A stretch of DNA of 64,000 bases from a virus. Lineage: Duplodnaviria > Heunggongvirae > Uroviricota > Caudoviricetes. The stretch lies in the IMG/VR virus record IMGVR_UViG_3300034019_002140, one strand, 5' to 3'. The notes beneath the pieces were generated by a model, which was given only the letters and a program-made list of their open reading frames with translations, was not told the DNA's origin and made no database searches. The translations under genes and the position numbers were made by a program. Positions 20,306 through 29,827 of the stretch are shown here, piece after piece. Numbering within the stretch: the stretch's first letter is position 1; each line of letters opens with the position of its first letter.

Positions 20306-20926
20306 ATGACTTGGATACAAAAAAATTTCAAAAGTATAATATATGCTGCTTTTTTGGTTCCAATTTTAACAGTAGCTTTCGTCTCAATATCACACGTCAC
20401 AAAATGGTACGGTATATCAAACCCATTTAGCTGGGCTATTTACCTGTCGATTGGTATTGAAATTGCGGCACTTTCAGCTTTAGCTGCGATAAGTGCGAGA
20501 ATGGGTAAAAAGGTATATTTCCCATTTGGTATCGTTACTTTAATTCAATTTTTGGGAAACATTTACTTTGCATATTCTTATATAGATGTTGGTTCACAAG
20601 CATTTAAAGATTGGGTTGATTTAGTCGACCCTATTGTTTCTTTCATGGGTGTTGATTCAGGTGACCCTATAGGTCACAAAAGATTTTTGGCAATATTTGC
20701 AGGCGGAATGTTACCTATAATTTCTTTATCCTTTTTACACATGTTGGTCAAATTTGAGCAGGATGAAAGACAAAAACAAATAGAAATTAAAGTTGAGGAA
20801 ATTATTAAAGCCCAACCAACTGAGATTACTAAAGAAGTAAAACCTGAGGAGGTTCCCAATCAAGAAAAGGAAGATAAACCCGAATATAAAGTTTTGAGTT
20901 ATACTAAAAATGTCAACTCTCAATAA
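20306..20926 (+). CDS. Multi-pass membrane protein, a holin-like candidate.
   Basis: At least 4 hydrophobic helices and a C-terminal charged tail. Confidence 0.4.
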   Translation: MTWIQKNFKSIIYAAFLVPILTVAFVSISHVTKWYGISNPFSWAIYLSIGIEIAALSALAAISARMGKKVYFPFGIVTLIQFLGNIYFAYSYIDVGSQAFKDWVDLVDPIVSFMGVDSGDPIGHKRFLAIFAGGMLPIISLSFLHMLVKFEQDERQKQIEIKVEEIIKAQPTEITKEVKPEEVPNQEKEDKPEYKVLSYTKNVNSQ

Positions 20927-21518
20927 ATACGGAAATTTCAAAGCGTTAGGTAAATACAGAAATAAAAAACAAATCATTTTATGTCATACGTCAAGGGAGG
21001 TAGATAAATATCTAACCTCCCTTCGATTTAGATATAACCAAAGGTTTGATAGAATACCTAATTTTGTGATAACCAAAAAAGGAGAAGTGATTCAACTTTT
21101 GGATGAGTCGTCTCACTCAAGATTTTTTTACAACGAAGAGGTAAATAAAAATTCTGTTATAGTTTGCTTAGAAAACTTAGGATGGTTGGAAAAGAAACCC
21201 CTATCTAACGAGTATATTAGTTGGGATGGGAGTATTTATAATGAGAAAGTTTACGAAAAAAAATGGAGAGATTTTTTCTTTTGGGAACCATATTCTGATG
21301 TTCAAATAACAGAAACATCTAAACTTTGTTCCAAATTGATTGAACTTTTCCAAATAAAAAAAAGTTGTGTCGGTCATAACACTAAGGTTGATGGAATAGA
21401 AAGATTCGAGGGAATTTCCACAAGAAGTAATTATGACCAACGGTTCACTGATTTGAACCCCTCTTTTAATTTTGAAAACTTTGTAAAATTTTTAGAAAAT
21501 GAGCAATTTGCACAATGA
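20910..21518 (+). CDS. Possible Amidase_2/PGRP-like N-acetylmuramoyl-L-alanine amidase (T7-lysozyme-like).
   Basis: IILCHTS ~ IFVHCSAT. NFVITKKGEV ~ YHFIIKRDGTV. NKNSVIVCLENLG ~ NHNSIGVCLVG. The match was made by eye and the full set of Zn ligands is not confirmed. Confidence 0.35.
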   Translation: MSTLNKYGNFKALGKYRNKKQIILCHTSREVDKYLTSLRFRYNQRFDRIPNFVITKKGEVIQLLDESSHSRFFYNEEVNKNSVIVCLENLGWLEKKPLSNEYISWDGSIYNEKVYEKKWRDFFFWEPYSDVQITETSKLCSKLIELFQIKKSCVGHNTKVDGIERFEGISTRSNYDQRFTDLNPSFNFENFVKFLENEQFAQ

Positions 21519-22071
21519 AAGATACGATGAAATTAAATCACTTTTGAAGAAATCAAAAATGATTTTCGAACAAAAAAGTGACATGTCACAAATCAACGTA
21601 GCCAAAGATATCGAAACGAAAATATCTCAAGATGCAGATGAGTTCGATATGGATTATGAAGAGGGACCATCATCTCCCAAAGACAAAGTACAAAAGTATA
21701 GAGTGTCTGGTGGAATTTTAGCATTACATGGTAAAAGTAAAACCGACTTAGACATAACAACAGATGATAAAATTGCATTCCAAGACTCCATGGAGGAGTT
21801 CGTGGATGAAGTGTCTGATTTGGTCGATTTCAATACATTGAATGTCTATCCGAATAATGTAGAATGGTCTGGTAAAATTATTGGTGAAGATTTAGATTTT
21901 ACCTTCACCATTGGTGAAGATAGTGGAATCTACATAGAGGGAACCATGATTAAAGTAGATGATGAATTTTTGGAGTTGATAAATAAATTACAACAATATT
22001 ATCAAAAATTCAAAAGTCGTTGGGCTAAAATTATAGCAGGTCGGAAAAAAACAAGAGAGACAAATGAATAA
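21499..22071 (+). CDS. Hypothetical acidic protein.
   Basis: ORF. Confidence 0.4.
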   Translation: MSNLHNERYDEIKSLLKKSKMIFEQKSDMSQINVAKDIETKISQDADEFDMDYEEGPSSPKDKVQKYRVSGGILALHGKSKTDLDITTDDKIAFQDSMEEFVDEVSDLVDFNTLNVYPNNVEWSGKIIGEDLDFTFTIGEDSGIYIEGTMIKVDDEFLELINKLQQYYQKFKSRWAKIIAGRKKTRETNE

Positions 22072-22423
22072 AGTAAAAAATTTTTTAGCTACGAATTACA
22101 AAACTATTTTTAAGATAGGTTTAGTTGTGTTTGCTTTATATTGGGTGGTTTTTGTATTGACCCCAAGAACATCAATTTCAGAACAACAAAAACAAGCTTT
22201 AGACTCCCTATCTGCACAAATAAAGATTTTACATGAGGACAATTTAAAACTTGAAGAAGAAATCACTTCTTTTAATGAAGAAATAAAACAAGTTGATTCA
22301 AAAATTGCTAAAATAAAAAATCAAAAAACAATAGTAAAAGAAATATATCATGAAAAAATCAATAGCGTTGATAGGCTTACTGTTCGTGAGCTTGATAGCT
22401 TTTTCACAGACAGATACAAATAA
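22064..22423 (+). CDS. N-terminal TM plus periplasmic coiled-coil protein, an i-spanin-like candidate.
   Basis: TM segment IGLVVFALYWVVFVL followed by a coiled coil (LKLEEEITSFNEEIKQVDSKIAKIKNQ). It overlaps the next gene in a different frame. Confidence 0.35.
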   Translation: MNKVKNFLATNYKTIFKIGLVVFALYWVVFVLTPRTSISEQQKQALDSLSAQIKILHEDNLKLEEEITSFNEEIKQVDSKIAKIKNQKTIVKEIYHEKINSVDRLTVRELDSFFTDRYK

Positions 22424-22757
22424 TGTGAAATGCTTTCCGATTCCTGTAGTGAAACAAATCATGAAAGATGTTTTAAGTGGTGATTCAGCAAAGGCGCAAC
22501 TCAAACTTGTTGAAAGTGAGGTGGGTGAACTCGAAAAAAAAGTAAGTTTAAAAGATAGTGTTATAAACACTTTAAGACTTAAAGAGGAGAACTACCAAAC
22601 AATAATCAAATCAGAAAAGGAAAAGTTCGGAATTGTGGAATCTTACTCGAAAAAATTAGAATGGGATTTAAAGAAAGAAAAAACAAAAAATAAATTCAAA
22701 TCATTTGTTGGCACTGCAGTTATTGGGGTGCTTGCATTTTTTATAATTCAAAAATAA
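22350..22757 (+). CDS. Secreted/membrane protein with an N-terminal signal peptide and a C-terminal TM helix, an o-/u-spanin-like candidate.
   Basis: MKKSIALIGLLFVSLIAFSQ signal peptide. C-terminal VGTAVIGVLAFFIIQK. Confidence 0.35.
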   Translation: MKKSIALIGLLFVSLIAFSQTDTNNVKCFPIPVVKQIMKDVLSGDSAKAQLKLVESEVGELEKKVSLKDSVINTLRLKEENYQTIIKSEKEKFGIVESYSKKLEWDLKKEKTKNKFKSFVGTAVIGVLAFFIIQK

Positions 22758-23002
22758 TGGCACTCACTAATACAGAGATGAGAGAAATAGAGACAGTTAT
22801 CCGAAAAGAAATAAAGAATTTCTTGGAGACTAACACTATCAAACAGTTTGAAGATAAGTTATTGGATAGAGTACATAAAGAAATGAAACGTGGTAAACTT
22901 GAATCTGAAGTGAAAGATATTGCCGTAAAAATGTTTAGAGAATTCTATCAATTCATGTGGCAAAACAGAAGTTATTGGGAGCCAAGATTAAAAAATTCAT
23001 AA
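22757..23002 (+). CDS. Small hypothetical protein.
   Basis: ORF. Confidence 0.35.
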   Translation: MALTNTEMREIETVIRKEIKNFLETNTIKQFEDKLLDRVHKEMKRGKLESEVKDIAVKMFREFYQFMWQNRSYWEPRLKNS

Positions 23003-23004
23003 TT

Positions 23005-23847
23005 ATGGAAAGCTCAGAAAAAGTATGGAAAGATTCTTTGAAAAAAAGTTACTCCAATGCATTGACAACAGCAACTCAAGGGAGCACAGGTGAAATGCTA
23101 TCAGATATGAACAAGTATTCCAAAGAAATGAGGGAAGAAAAGGATTCAGATAAACCTGTAGAAAATAAAATAACCAAGTCAGATGTGAGTAAGGTTACAG
23201 CCAAACAACAATTCGCTAGAGATTTACAGGATGACCCGGATTTTCAAGACTTCAAGAAAAACGCAAAATACGAGAAGGGTGGCTCAACGTTTACTTTCGG
23301 AGTCCCTAATGTGAGCACGGAAGACCCATACATAAAAAAAAGAACAAAATACGGAAGACCTGGAAGAGGGAAAGAAGAGAATAAAGAAGCCACTACGTCT
23401 GGTTCATCAGGGGCGTTTAGTGCACCTTTGTTCGGAGGTGATGATGATTTTGTAAAAAAAAGTGACTCAGAGACACCAAGTCTAAAAGAGGGAATGTTTT
23501 CAGATGGGATGTACGGTGTTGATAAAATCGAGGCAAAGGAGGCTACCACATCAGGTTCTGTCGGGGGGTACTCAAGTCCTTCAATGTGGGCGAAATCAAC
23601 AAGTAAGAAAGATTGGGGACCCTCAAGAAAAACCCAATATAAAGGTGGTAGTTTTGTAAAAGTCAAAAAAAAATGTACAAGATTTCCATATTGTAATCAA
23701 GGAGATATAAATGCTCTTAAATTGACTAAAACAGAGTCTGTAAAGGAAGCTATTAAAAAAGTCTCACAGAAATTGAATATTAGTGAAGATATAATCGAGA
23801 CTATTATTCAGAAAGAATACGTTAAAACATCAAAAAGGCACAAATAA
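23005..23847 (+). CDS. Hypothetical K/E/S-rich protein.
   Basis: The ATG at 23005 immediately follows the upstream stop at 23002. The ORF-track start at 22957 would overlap the upstream gene. Confidence 0.4.
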   Translation: MESSEKVWKDSLKKSYSNALTTATQGSTGEMLSDMNKYSKEMREEKDSDKPVENKITKSDVSKVTAKQQFARDLQDDPDFQDFKKNAKYEKGGSTFTFGVPNVSTEDPYIKKRTKYGRPGRGKEENKEATTSGSSGAFSAPLFGGDDDFVKKSDSETPSLKEGMFSDGMYGVDKIEAKEATTSGSVGGYSSPSMWAKSTSKKDWGPSRKTQYKGGSFVKVKKKCTRFPYCNQGDINALKLTKTESVKEAIKKVSQKLNISEDIIETIIQKEYVKTSKRHK

Positions 23848-23870
23848 AGATATTTATAAAAAAAAATCAA

Positions 23871-25340
23871 ATGGATAAAACACAACTTGATATTGATAGA
23901 ATGATTTCAAATATCCTAAAGGAAGAAATAGAAATCAAAAGTAAAAAGATTGCTGAGGAAGTAGGTGAGTGGACCGAAATAGAAATTGAAGAGAAACTTC
24001 ATGGTAAGCAACACAAATTGGATAAGAATAAAAATGGCAAAATTGATGCTGAAGATTTCAAGTTGCTCAGAAAAAAGGAAACTAAAGAGGACGATTTTGA
24101 CTCATTGGTTGATGCCGATATTGATGATGAAGAAGAAAGAGATTCTTTGGAGCAGGGAATGTATGAGGAAGATGGTGAGACCGAAGAAGGTAATGAATTT
24201 ACAGGTGAGTTAGAGAAGGCTAGAAAAGAAGGTAAATCATCGTTCAAAGTCGGAGATAAAACTTTCAAGACCGAACCCAAAGAGAAAAGAGACAATTTTG
24301 ACGGTAGAAAATCAGAAGTTATTGGGGTTTACTCAAATATTGATAAGCAGAGAGAAATGAAAGAGGAGAAAAAATGGATTCAAAAAACTGATATGAAAAA
24401 AGGAGCACTACATAAAAAACTTGGAGTTCCTGAAGACGAAACAATTCCTAAATCAAAGTTGAAAAGTTTGAAAAAAGAACTTATGAAAAAAGGTGAAGGT
24501 GATAAAAAATTATCTGCGGCCGACTCTAAAACTTTGAAACAAGTGAATTTGGCAATGACATTAAAGGGTCTTAAAGAGAACGATAATACTCTTAGATTGA
24601 GTGAAAGTGAACTAATTGACATGATTGAAAAAATTGTGTTAGAGGAGAAAAAAAATAAAGAGGTAAAAGACAAGGCAGAAAAACAAAATATCACTAAGAA
24701 AACACCGGAAGGTTTGAAGAAAACTGAAAAGGCACTTAAAGCTTCGAAAAAAGAAAACGAGGATTATGCTAAGGAGGTTGTCAAAAAGATGAAAGATTAC
24801 ATGAAAACAGGGTCTAAGGGTGAGTATACTGAAAACCCTGTAGACTTTCCGAAAAGTAATTTTGCATTAGAAAAAGACCCTAAGGTAAAAAAATATACAC
24901 CTTCACAAGCGGTGGAAGAATATATTGAATATTTTTCATATCCGGGTCAAACAAATTTGGTATTTGACGAAATCAAACCCGATGTTAAAAAAATTGAAAA
25001 ACATCTCAAAGGTGACAGAATAATGGGAAATGCTCAAGTCGATGAGGATGGAAATGCTTTGGGTAACGTTGTACCGAGCAAAGTTGGAGAAAGGTTCTTC
25101 AAAAATTTCCAAGATAATGTTTATGGTAACGAACAAATGCAAGCATCCTACAAGAGATATCCAGCACCTGTTGAAGAAGAGGGTGAGGGACAAACATCAG
25201 GTTCGTTAAAAGACCTTAAAAAACTATCCAAAGGAAATAAAGTTTTAAATAAATTATCAGAGTCTCAGCAATCGAATAAGATTATTGGAGAAATGGAACA
25301 AATGAAAAAACTTATGTCCTACAATAAGAAAACACAGTAA
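23871..25340 (+). CDS. Large K/E-rich hypothetical protein.
   Basis: 489-aa ORF, highly charged. Confidence 0.45.
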   Translation: MDKTQLDIDRMISNILKEEIEIKSKKIAEEVGEWTEIEIEEKLHGKQHKLDKNKNGKIDAEDFKLLRKKETKEDDFDSLVDADIDDEEERDSLEQGMYEEDGETEEGNEFTGELEKARKEGKSSFKVGDKTFKTEPKEKRDNFDGRKSEVIGVYSNIDKQREMKEEKKWIQKTDMKKGALHKKLGVPEDETIPKSKLKSLKKELMKKGEGDKKLSAADSKTLKQVNLAMTLKGLKENDNTLRLSESELIDMIEKIVLEEKKNKEVKDKAEKQNITKKTPEGLKKTEKALKASKKENEDYAKEVVKKMKDYMKTGSKGEYTENPVDFPKSNFALEKDPKVKKYTPSQAVEEYIEYFSYPGQTNLVFDEIKPDVKKIEKHLKGDRIMGNAQVDEDGNALGNVVPSKVGERFFKNFQDNVYGNEQMQASYKRYPAPVEEEGEGQTSGSLKDLKKLSKGNKVLNKLSESQQSNKIIGEMEQMKKLMSYNKKTQ

Positions 25341-25386
25341 TTCACAAAACAAAATATTTTATTTATAATTCTCCATAGCCATCACT

Positions 25387-25845
25387 ATGGAGAATTTTTT
25401 TAAATGGATAGGTAAAGAAATACCTGACGAAGAAGTTATAATATGGTTCAATGTCCATAACATGAACTATGAAAAAATTGAACTTTACGGGGACATTTTC
25501 AAAACCTTGTCATATCTAATACAAGACACCTATTTGGGTGAAGAAAATCATGAAACTAAAATTTCATTATCTGTTGAGGATAAAGAATTGCATTTTGAAT
25601 GGTGTTGGGCTAAAATGATTGAAAATTTCGCAAAAGAAAAAATATTCATCGAATCTGACGGGGAACACAAAAAATATTTAAAAAATTTTTTTGGTGAAAC
25701 CTTTTATAATCAACAAGATAAAAATATCAAAGACGAGGTCTTTGTTTTTGTGGACCAAGTTTTTGAGGTGAATAAAAAGTTTTCAAAGGCCGATTTAGAT
25801 ATCCTTACAGAAATTTATAAGTTCATGGAAAAAAATGTTAAATAA
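25387..25845 (+). CDS. Hypothetical protein.
   Basis: ORF. Its start codon lies in the 3' arm of an 8-bp inverted repeat. Confidence 0.4.
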   Translation: MENFFKWIGKEIPDEEVIIWFNVHNMNYEKIELYGDIFKTLSYLIQDTYLGEENHETKISLSVEDKELHFEWCWAKMIENFAKEKIFIESDGEHKKYLKNFFGETFYNQQDKNIKDEVFVFVDQVFEVNKKFSKADLDILTEIYKFMEKNVK

Positions 25846-25921
25846 AAAAACCTTTATTAGTTTACTTCCAGGGACAAAAAATTACATTTTTAACAAAATA
25901 AACTTTAATTATTAAATCAAA

Positions 25922-26104
25922 ATGGAAACATTAGAACAAATTAAAGAATTGACTGAAGTTTTATCTGTTGATGCTACCAAGTTTTTTAAAGGTAACAAGA
26001 GTGCAGGTACAAGAGCTAGAAAGACAGCTCAAGAGTTGAAAGCTTTACTTCAAAAATTCAGAGGGGAAATTCTTGAACACAAGAAATCAGAAAAAGATGC
26101 ATAA
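25922..26104 (+). CDS. Histone H1-like / Bacteroidetes-type small basic DNA-binding protein.
   Basis: FFKGNKSAGTRARKTAQELKALLQKFR matches the conserved core (F.KGNKAAGTR.RK....LK.L.Q..R) of Bacteroidetes histone-H1-like proteins. Confidence 0.5.
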   Translation: METLEQIKELTEVLSVDATKFFKGNKSAGTRARKTAQELKALLQKFRGEILEHKKSEKDA

Positions 26105-26285
26105 TATTGAATCAACATTTTTTTTTATATTTGTTTTTACAATATTGATTGTATTCAGAAACCTATTTAGGATTATAAGTACCCTGTTAGATAAAGAACC
26201 AAAAAAAATTGTTTATACTAACAGGGAACTTATAATTTTAGGTCTATCATTGTCTTACATTATAACATTTATCAAATTCACATGA
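26073..26285 (+). CDS. Small membrane protein.
   Basis: Hydrophobic FFFIFVFTILIVF. Confidence 0.25.
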   Translation: MNTRNQKKMHNIESTFFFIFVFTILIVFRNLFRIISTLLDKEPKKIVYTNRELIILGLSLSYIITFIKFT

Positions 26286-26698
26286 GTTTTTATAAAGAAA
26301 TTGAACAATTTTCAGAGTATATTAAATCAATAAGGAAATTAAAAGACTATTTAAGTTTTGATTTATATTTTCCTTCAAAATGGGGATTACCTAAGGATGA
26401 TACCCAAATAATTCCTTTTGAATCAGATGTCGCCAATCACAAGGGTTTATCTTTCGTTACAGAAATGAAAGATAAAGAAGTAACAAATACAATCACTAAA
26501 ATACTTAAAGTTATAAAAATAAATAAAGAGAGAGAATTGAAGGAAATGTTGTTTAAACAAACAGTTGAACAATTAAAAAAGACGTTTGAAAACAATGATT
26601 TAGACAAACTTCAGAACCTCTATTTTGATTTTGAAAATCACGAATTAGATGAACCAGAAATCGGAGAAGAATCAGATAGCATTGAATTGGCTGAATAG
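26282..26698 (+). CDS. Hypothetical protein.
   Basis: ORF. Confidence 0.35.
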   Translation: MSFYKEIEQFSEYIKSIRKLKDYLSFDLYFPSKWGLPKDDTQIIPFESDVANHKGLSFVTEMKDKEVTNTITKILKVIKINKERELKEMLFKQTVEQLKKTFENNDLDKLQNLYFDFENHELDEPEIGEESDSIELAE

Positions 26699-26809
26699 TG
26701 AAAAAGGAAAGGATAAGAAAAGTTTAGAAATTGATAAGAAAAAATTCATCCAAGAAATAAAAAAGTATAAGAAAACAGATTTGATTCCAATTCCAAAAAA
26801 ATTGACATT

Positions 26810-27040
26810 ATGGGAGAAAATAAAGATAATGATTTTGGGACAATAAACAAGTTGGCTCTCGTAGCCGAATCTGTACAGACTCTTTTCGAGGGTAAAGCAA
26901 CTGTGGTCTTTGAATTGACTAAAAAAGAATATCAACCGGTAATAAACCAGTTCAGAGAGATTGACAGACATCACAAACAGTTCTCCATAGATATTTCAGG
27001 GACTGAGTTTCATTTTTTACTCATCGAGGATGAGTCGTAG
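26810..27040 (+). CDS. Small hypothetical protein.
   Basis: ORF. Confidence 0.3.
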   Translation: MGENKDNDFGTINKLALVAESVQTLFEGKATVVFELTKKEYQPVINQFREIDRHHKQFSIDISGTEFHFLLIEDES

Positions 27041-27659
27041 ATTGTCTATACAATATTTTTTTATCGAAGCCCGCATCTGATAGTAATTTTAAAAGGTATT
27101 TTCTTTGGGCTACCGACGAATCCTTTATAAATAAACAATTTGTTTTCTTGTTGTCATAGTAAAATTTACTGACACAATCCAAAAACCTCTCAGCATCAGA
27201 TTTATTTTTTACTGAAAATATTTTGAATTCCAAATTCTCTTGTAAAACAATTTTATTATTCAACGAGTATAACATTTTCATTTCATTACCAACCATGTAA
27301 GTTTTAATGAATTTATCGAATGATATTTTGATTGATTTTTTTATGTCGTAAATTTCTTCCTCTTTTTTTATTTTTGAAATCTTTATAAATTTCAAATTTT
27401 CATCTTCTAATTTGACCTTTTTATTCCTTCCAAATTGGTCTGTCAAATAAGTTGGTGACATTTGACTTTTAGTTTTTTCTATGATTGCTAATTCAAATTC
27501 ACATAGTTTACCACTCTCGAATACCTTCTCAAAAATAATTTTTTCAGATTTTGATATATTTGAATTGAAGAATTCCTGAGCCTTCGCTAAAGTTTTATAT
27601 TCCTTTATTATTTTTTTCTTTTTTTTATCCTTGAAAAGAACAATCATATATTGCGACAT
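27021..27659 (-). CDS. Hypothetical K-rich protein on the minus strand.
   Basis: The start is chosen at the internal Met (MSQYMIVLFKDKKKKK) at 27659 so that the gene does not overlap the divergent DnaJ start at 27662. The ORF-track start is 27743. Confidence 0.4.
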   Translation of the reverse strand: MSQYMIVLFKDKKKKKIIKEYKTLAKAQEFFNSNISKSEKIIFEKVFESGKLCEFELAIIEKTKSQMSPTYLTDQFGRNKKVKLEDENLKFIKISKIKKEEEIYDIKKSIKISFDKFIKTYMVGNEMKMLYSLNNKIVLQENLEFKIFSVKNKSDAERFLDCVSKFYYDNKKTNCLFIKDSSVAQRKYLLKLLSDAGFDKKILYRQSTTHPR

Positions 27660-27661
27660 AC

Positions 27662-28579
27662 ATGAAAAATTACTACAAATTATTAGAAGTTGAAGAGAAT
27701 GCTTCAGAAGATGATATAAAAAAGAGTTATAGAAACCTGTCAAAAAAATATCATCCAGACTTGAACCCTCAAGGGGCGGAGAAATTCAAGGAAATCAATG
27801 AAGCATATGAAGTCCTGAGTAACAAGGAAAAAAGAAAGAAATATGATTTTCAGAAATCTAATCCCTACAACGGAAGTGAATTTTCGGACTTTTTCGCATC
27901 TATGTTTTCGAACCAAAATTTCCAACCACCAAGGAACCATCCAGCACCAGATAAGATTTTGAATCTTCAATTGACCCCTTTAGAATCATATTTAGGACAA
28001 GAAAAAAATATTCAATATTTCAGGGAACTTCATTGCGATACTTGCGTAGGAACAGGAGGGGACAGGGCAATTTGTGGATTATGTGAAGGTACAGGTTTTA
28101 TTGTGAAAACATTCGGTACAGGATTTTTAGTTCAACAGGTCCGGATGGCATGTCCAAATTGCGAGGGACGGGGATATAATCTCATAAATAAATGTTATAA
28201 GTGTTCAGGTAAAGGTACCTTAGGTAATGCAAATGAAATAAAGATAAACATACCTAAAGGTATTGATAGTGGACAATTCGTGAGAATACGGGGTATGGGG
28301 GACTATAGAAATGGTAATTATGGTGACCTCTTGATTCAGATAGAATTGAAAAGTTCCGAAGGATTCGAAAAAATGGGTAGTGATTTAGTATATAACCTTT
28401 ATCTCAATTATGAGGACCTATTGAAGGATAAATATTCAATACCACACCCAGATGGAGAACTTATAGTTCCCGCTCCGAAAAATTTTGACACTTCGAAGCC
28501 TTTGAGGCTTAGGGGTAAGGGATACAGTTCAGGAGACATGTTCATCAAAATACATGTCAAATTTGATAGACCTACTTGA
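27662..28579 (+). CDS. dnaJ: DnaJ (Hsp40) co-chaperone with a J domain and a CR-type zinc finger.
   Basis: J domain NYYKLLEVEENASEDDIKKSYRNLSKKYHPDLNP (HPD motif). Four CxxCxGxG repeats follow (CDTCVGTG, CGLCEGTG, CPNCEGRG, CYKCSGKG), then a C-terminal beta-domain. Confidence 0.85.
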   Translation: MKNYYKLLEVEENASEDDIKKSYRNLSKKYHPDLNPQGAEKFKEINEAYEVLSNKEKRKKYDFQKSNPYNGSEFSDFFASMFSNQNFQPPRNHPAPDKILNLQLTPLESYLGQEKNIQYFRELHCDTCVGTGGDRAICGLCEGTGFIVKTFGTGFLVQQVRMACPNCEGRGYNLINKCYKCSGKGTLGNANEIKINIPKGIDSGQFVRIRGMGDYRNGNYGDLLIQIELKSSEGFEKMGSDLVYNLYLNYEDLLKDKYSIPHPDGELIVPAPKNFDTSKPLRLRGKGYSSGDMFIKIHVKFDRPT

Positions 28580-28933
28580 AAAAATTTATCAATAGTTTAA
28601 TAAGAACGTAGTTACCGTAAATTGCTGAAGCTAATATGTAAAAACCGAAAAATAACATCGGAGTTACAGTCTTGAATAAAGATTTTTTTTTACATTTACT
28701 ACAACCTTGAGATTCTTCCATATTTATAAGTATGATTTTAGAGCAAATTATTAGGAGGGTCTTGCATCAATTTTTAGATGAAAAGGACCAAAATAAATTT
28801 AAGAAACCACGTAAATATAGTCAATCGTATTGTAAATCTACACCTTGCTCCAAAATGGGTTTCACTCAGAAAGCTTCTTGTAGACCCTACAAAAATTGTT
28901 ATAAGTAAAATTTGCCTTTTTCTTTTTTTTTCA

Positions 28934-28941
28934 TATATTTG
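28934..28941 (+). promoter_or_regulatory. -7 promoter motif TATATTTG immediately upstream of gene 28946 (leaderless or very short leader).
   Basis: Matches TAnnTTTG, 4 nt before the ATG. Confidence 0.3.
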
Positions 28942-28945
28942 ACTT

Positions 28946-29785
28946 ATGCTAAGTTATATAGGTGGAAAATCAAAAATTGGTAAATGGATTATTGAGTACT
29001 ATCTCGAAGACATGGAGACATATGTGGAAACATTCGGGGGAATGTTTTGGTGTTTTTTCAATATGGATTTAGAAAAATTTCCAAATCTCAAAAGAGTGGT
29101 TTACAATGACTTCAATCCTTTGAATTATAATTTGTTCAAATGTGTACAAAATCCCGCTGAATTACAGAGGGCTTTGGATAACATCCCTGTACAAGAATAC
29201 GGAACATCACTAACTGATATTAGCTTCAAAGATAGATTCAGAGAATTTCAAACTGAAATATTTTCTTCAGGTTTTACGATAAATTATCCTGATTATGAAG
29301 TTGCAGCAAAATATGTTTATGTTGTAACACAAGTTTTCAGTGGTTCAAAACCCGAAACATCGAGTTTTATAGATTTAAAGGGAAAGTACAGGTCTAAATA
29401 TTTAGCTTTCAGAGATAAGTTGTCAAACCCAAAGTGGGTAGAACATTTCTTGAAGATTACAAATGTAGAAAACTTAGATTTTCAAGAAGTAATAGAAAAG
29501 TATGATTCCCCCTCGACCTACATCTATTTAGACCCACCCTATTGGAAAACTGAAAACTATTATTCGAATCATGACTTCGACCGACAGGACCATGAAAGAC
29601 TCTCTGTAATTTTGAATCAAGTTCAAAGTAAATTTAGTTTATCATACTACGATTTCGATTTATTACATCAGTGGTATCCTGAATCTACCTTCCGATGGGA
29701 AAGAAAAAAATTCGCAAAGGCTGCCGCTGCAAAAAAGGGTACAAAACAAAATTTGGGTGAAGAGCTTTTGATTATGAATTATTAG
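28946..29785 (+). CDS. Dam-like (alpha-class, D12-type) N6-adenine DNA methyltransferase.
   Basis: N-terminal SYIGGKSKIGKWII (Dam KWAGGK-like) and ETFGGMFW (FxGxG-like). Catalytic DPPYW at aa ~197. Y.DPPY is typical of the Dam/D12 class. Confidence 0.65.
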   Translation: MLSYIGGKSKIGKWIIEYYLEDMETYVETFGGMFWCFFNMDLEKFPNLKRVVYNDFNPLNYNLFKCVQNPAELQRALDNIPVQEYGTSLTDISFKDRFREFQTEIFSSGFTINYPDYEVAAKYVYVVTQVFSGSKPETSSFIDLKGKYRSKYLAFRDKLSNPKWVEHFLKITNVENLDFQEVIEKYDSPSTYIYLDPPYWKTENYYSNHDFDRQDHERLSVILNQVQSKFSLSYYDFDLLHQWYPESTFRWERKKFAKAAAAKKGTKQNLGEELLIMNY

Positions 29786-29827
29786 TTATTTTTACACTTT
29801 GATTGTATTTATATTAAAGTTTACTAA

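Noticed and set aside
27660-27743. ORF-track start of the minus-strand gene at 27743, which overlaps the dnaJ N-terminus.
   Set aside because: An in-frame internal Met at 27659 gives a divergent, non-overlapping arrangement with dnaJ (ATG 27662). The extra 28 N-terminal codons would be antisense to the conserved J domain.
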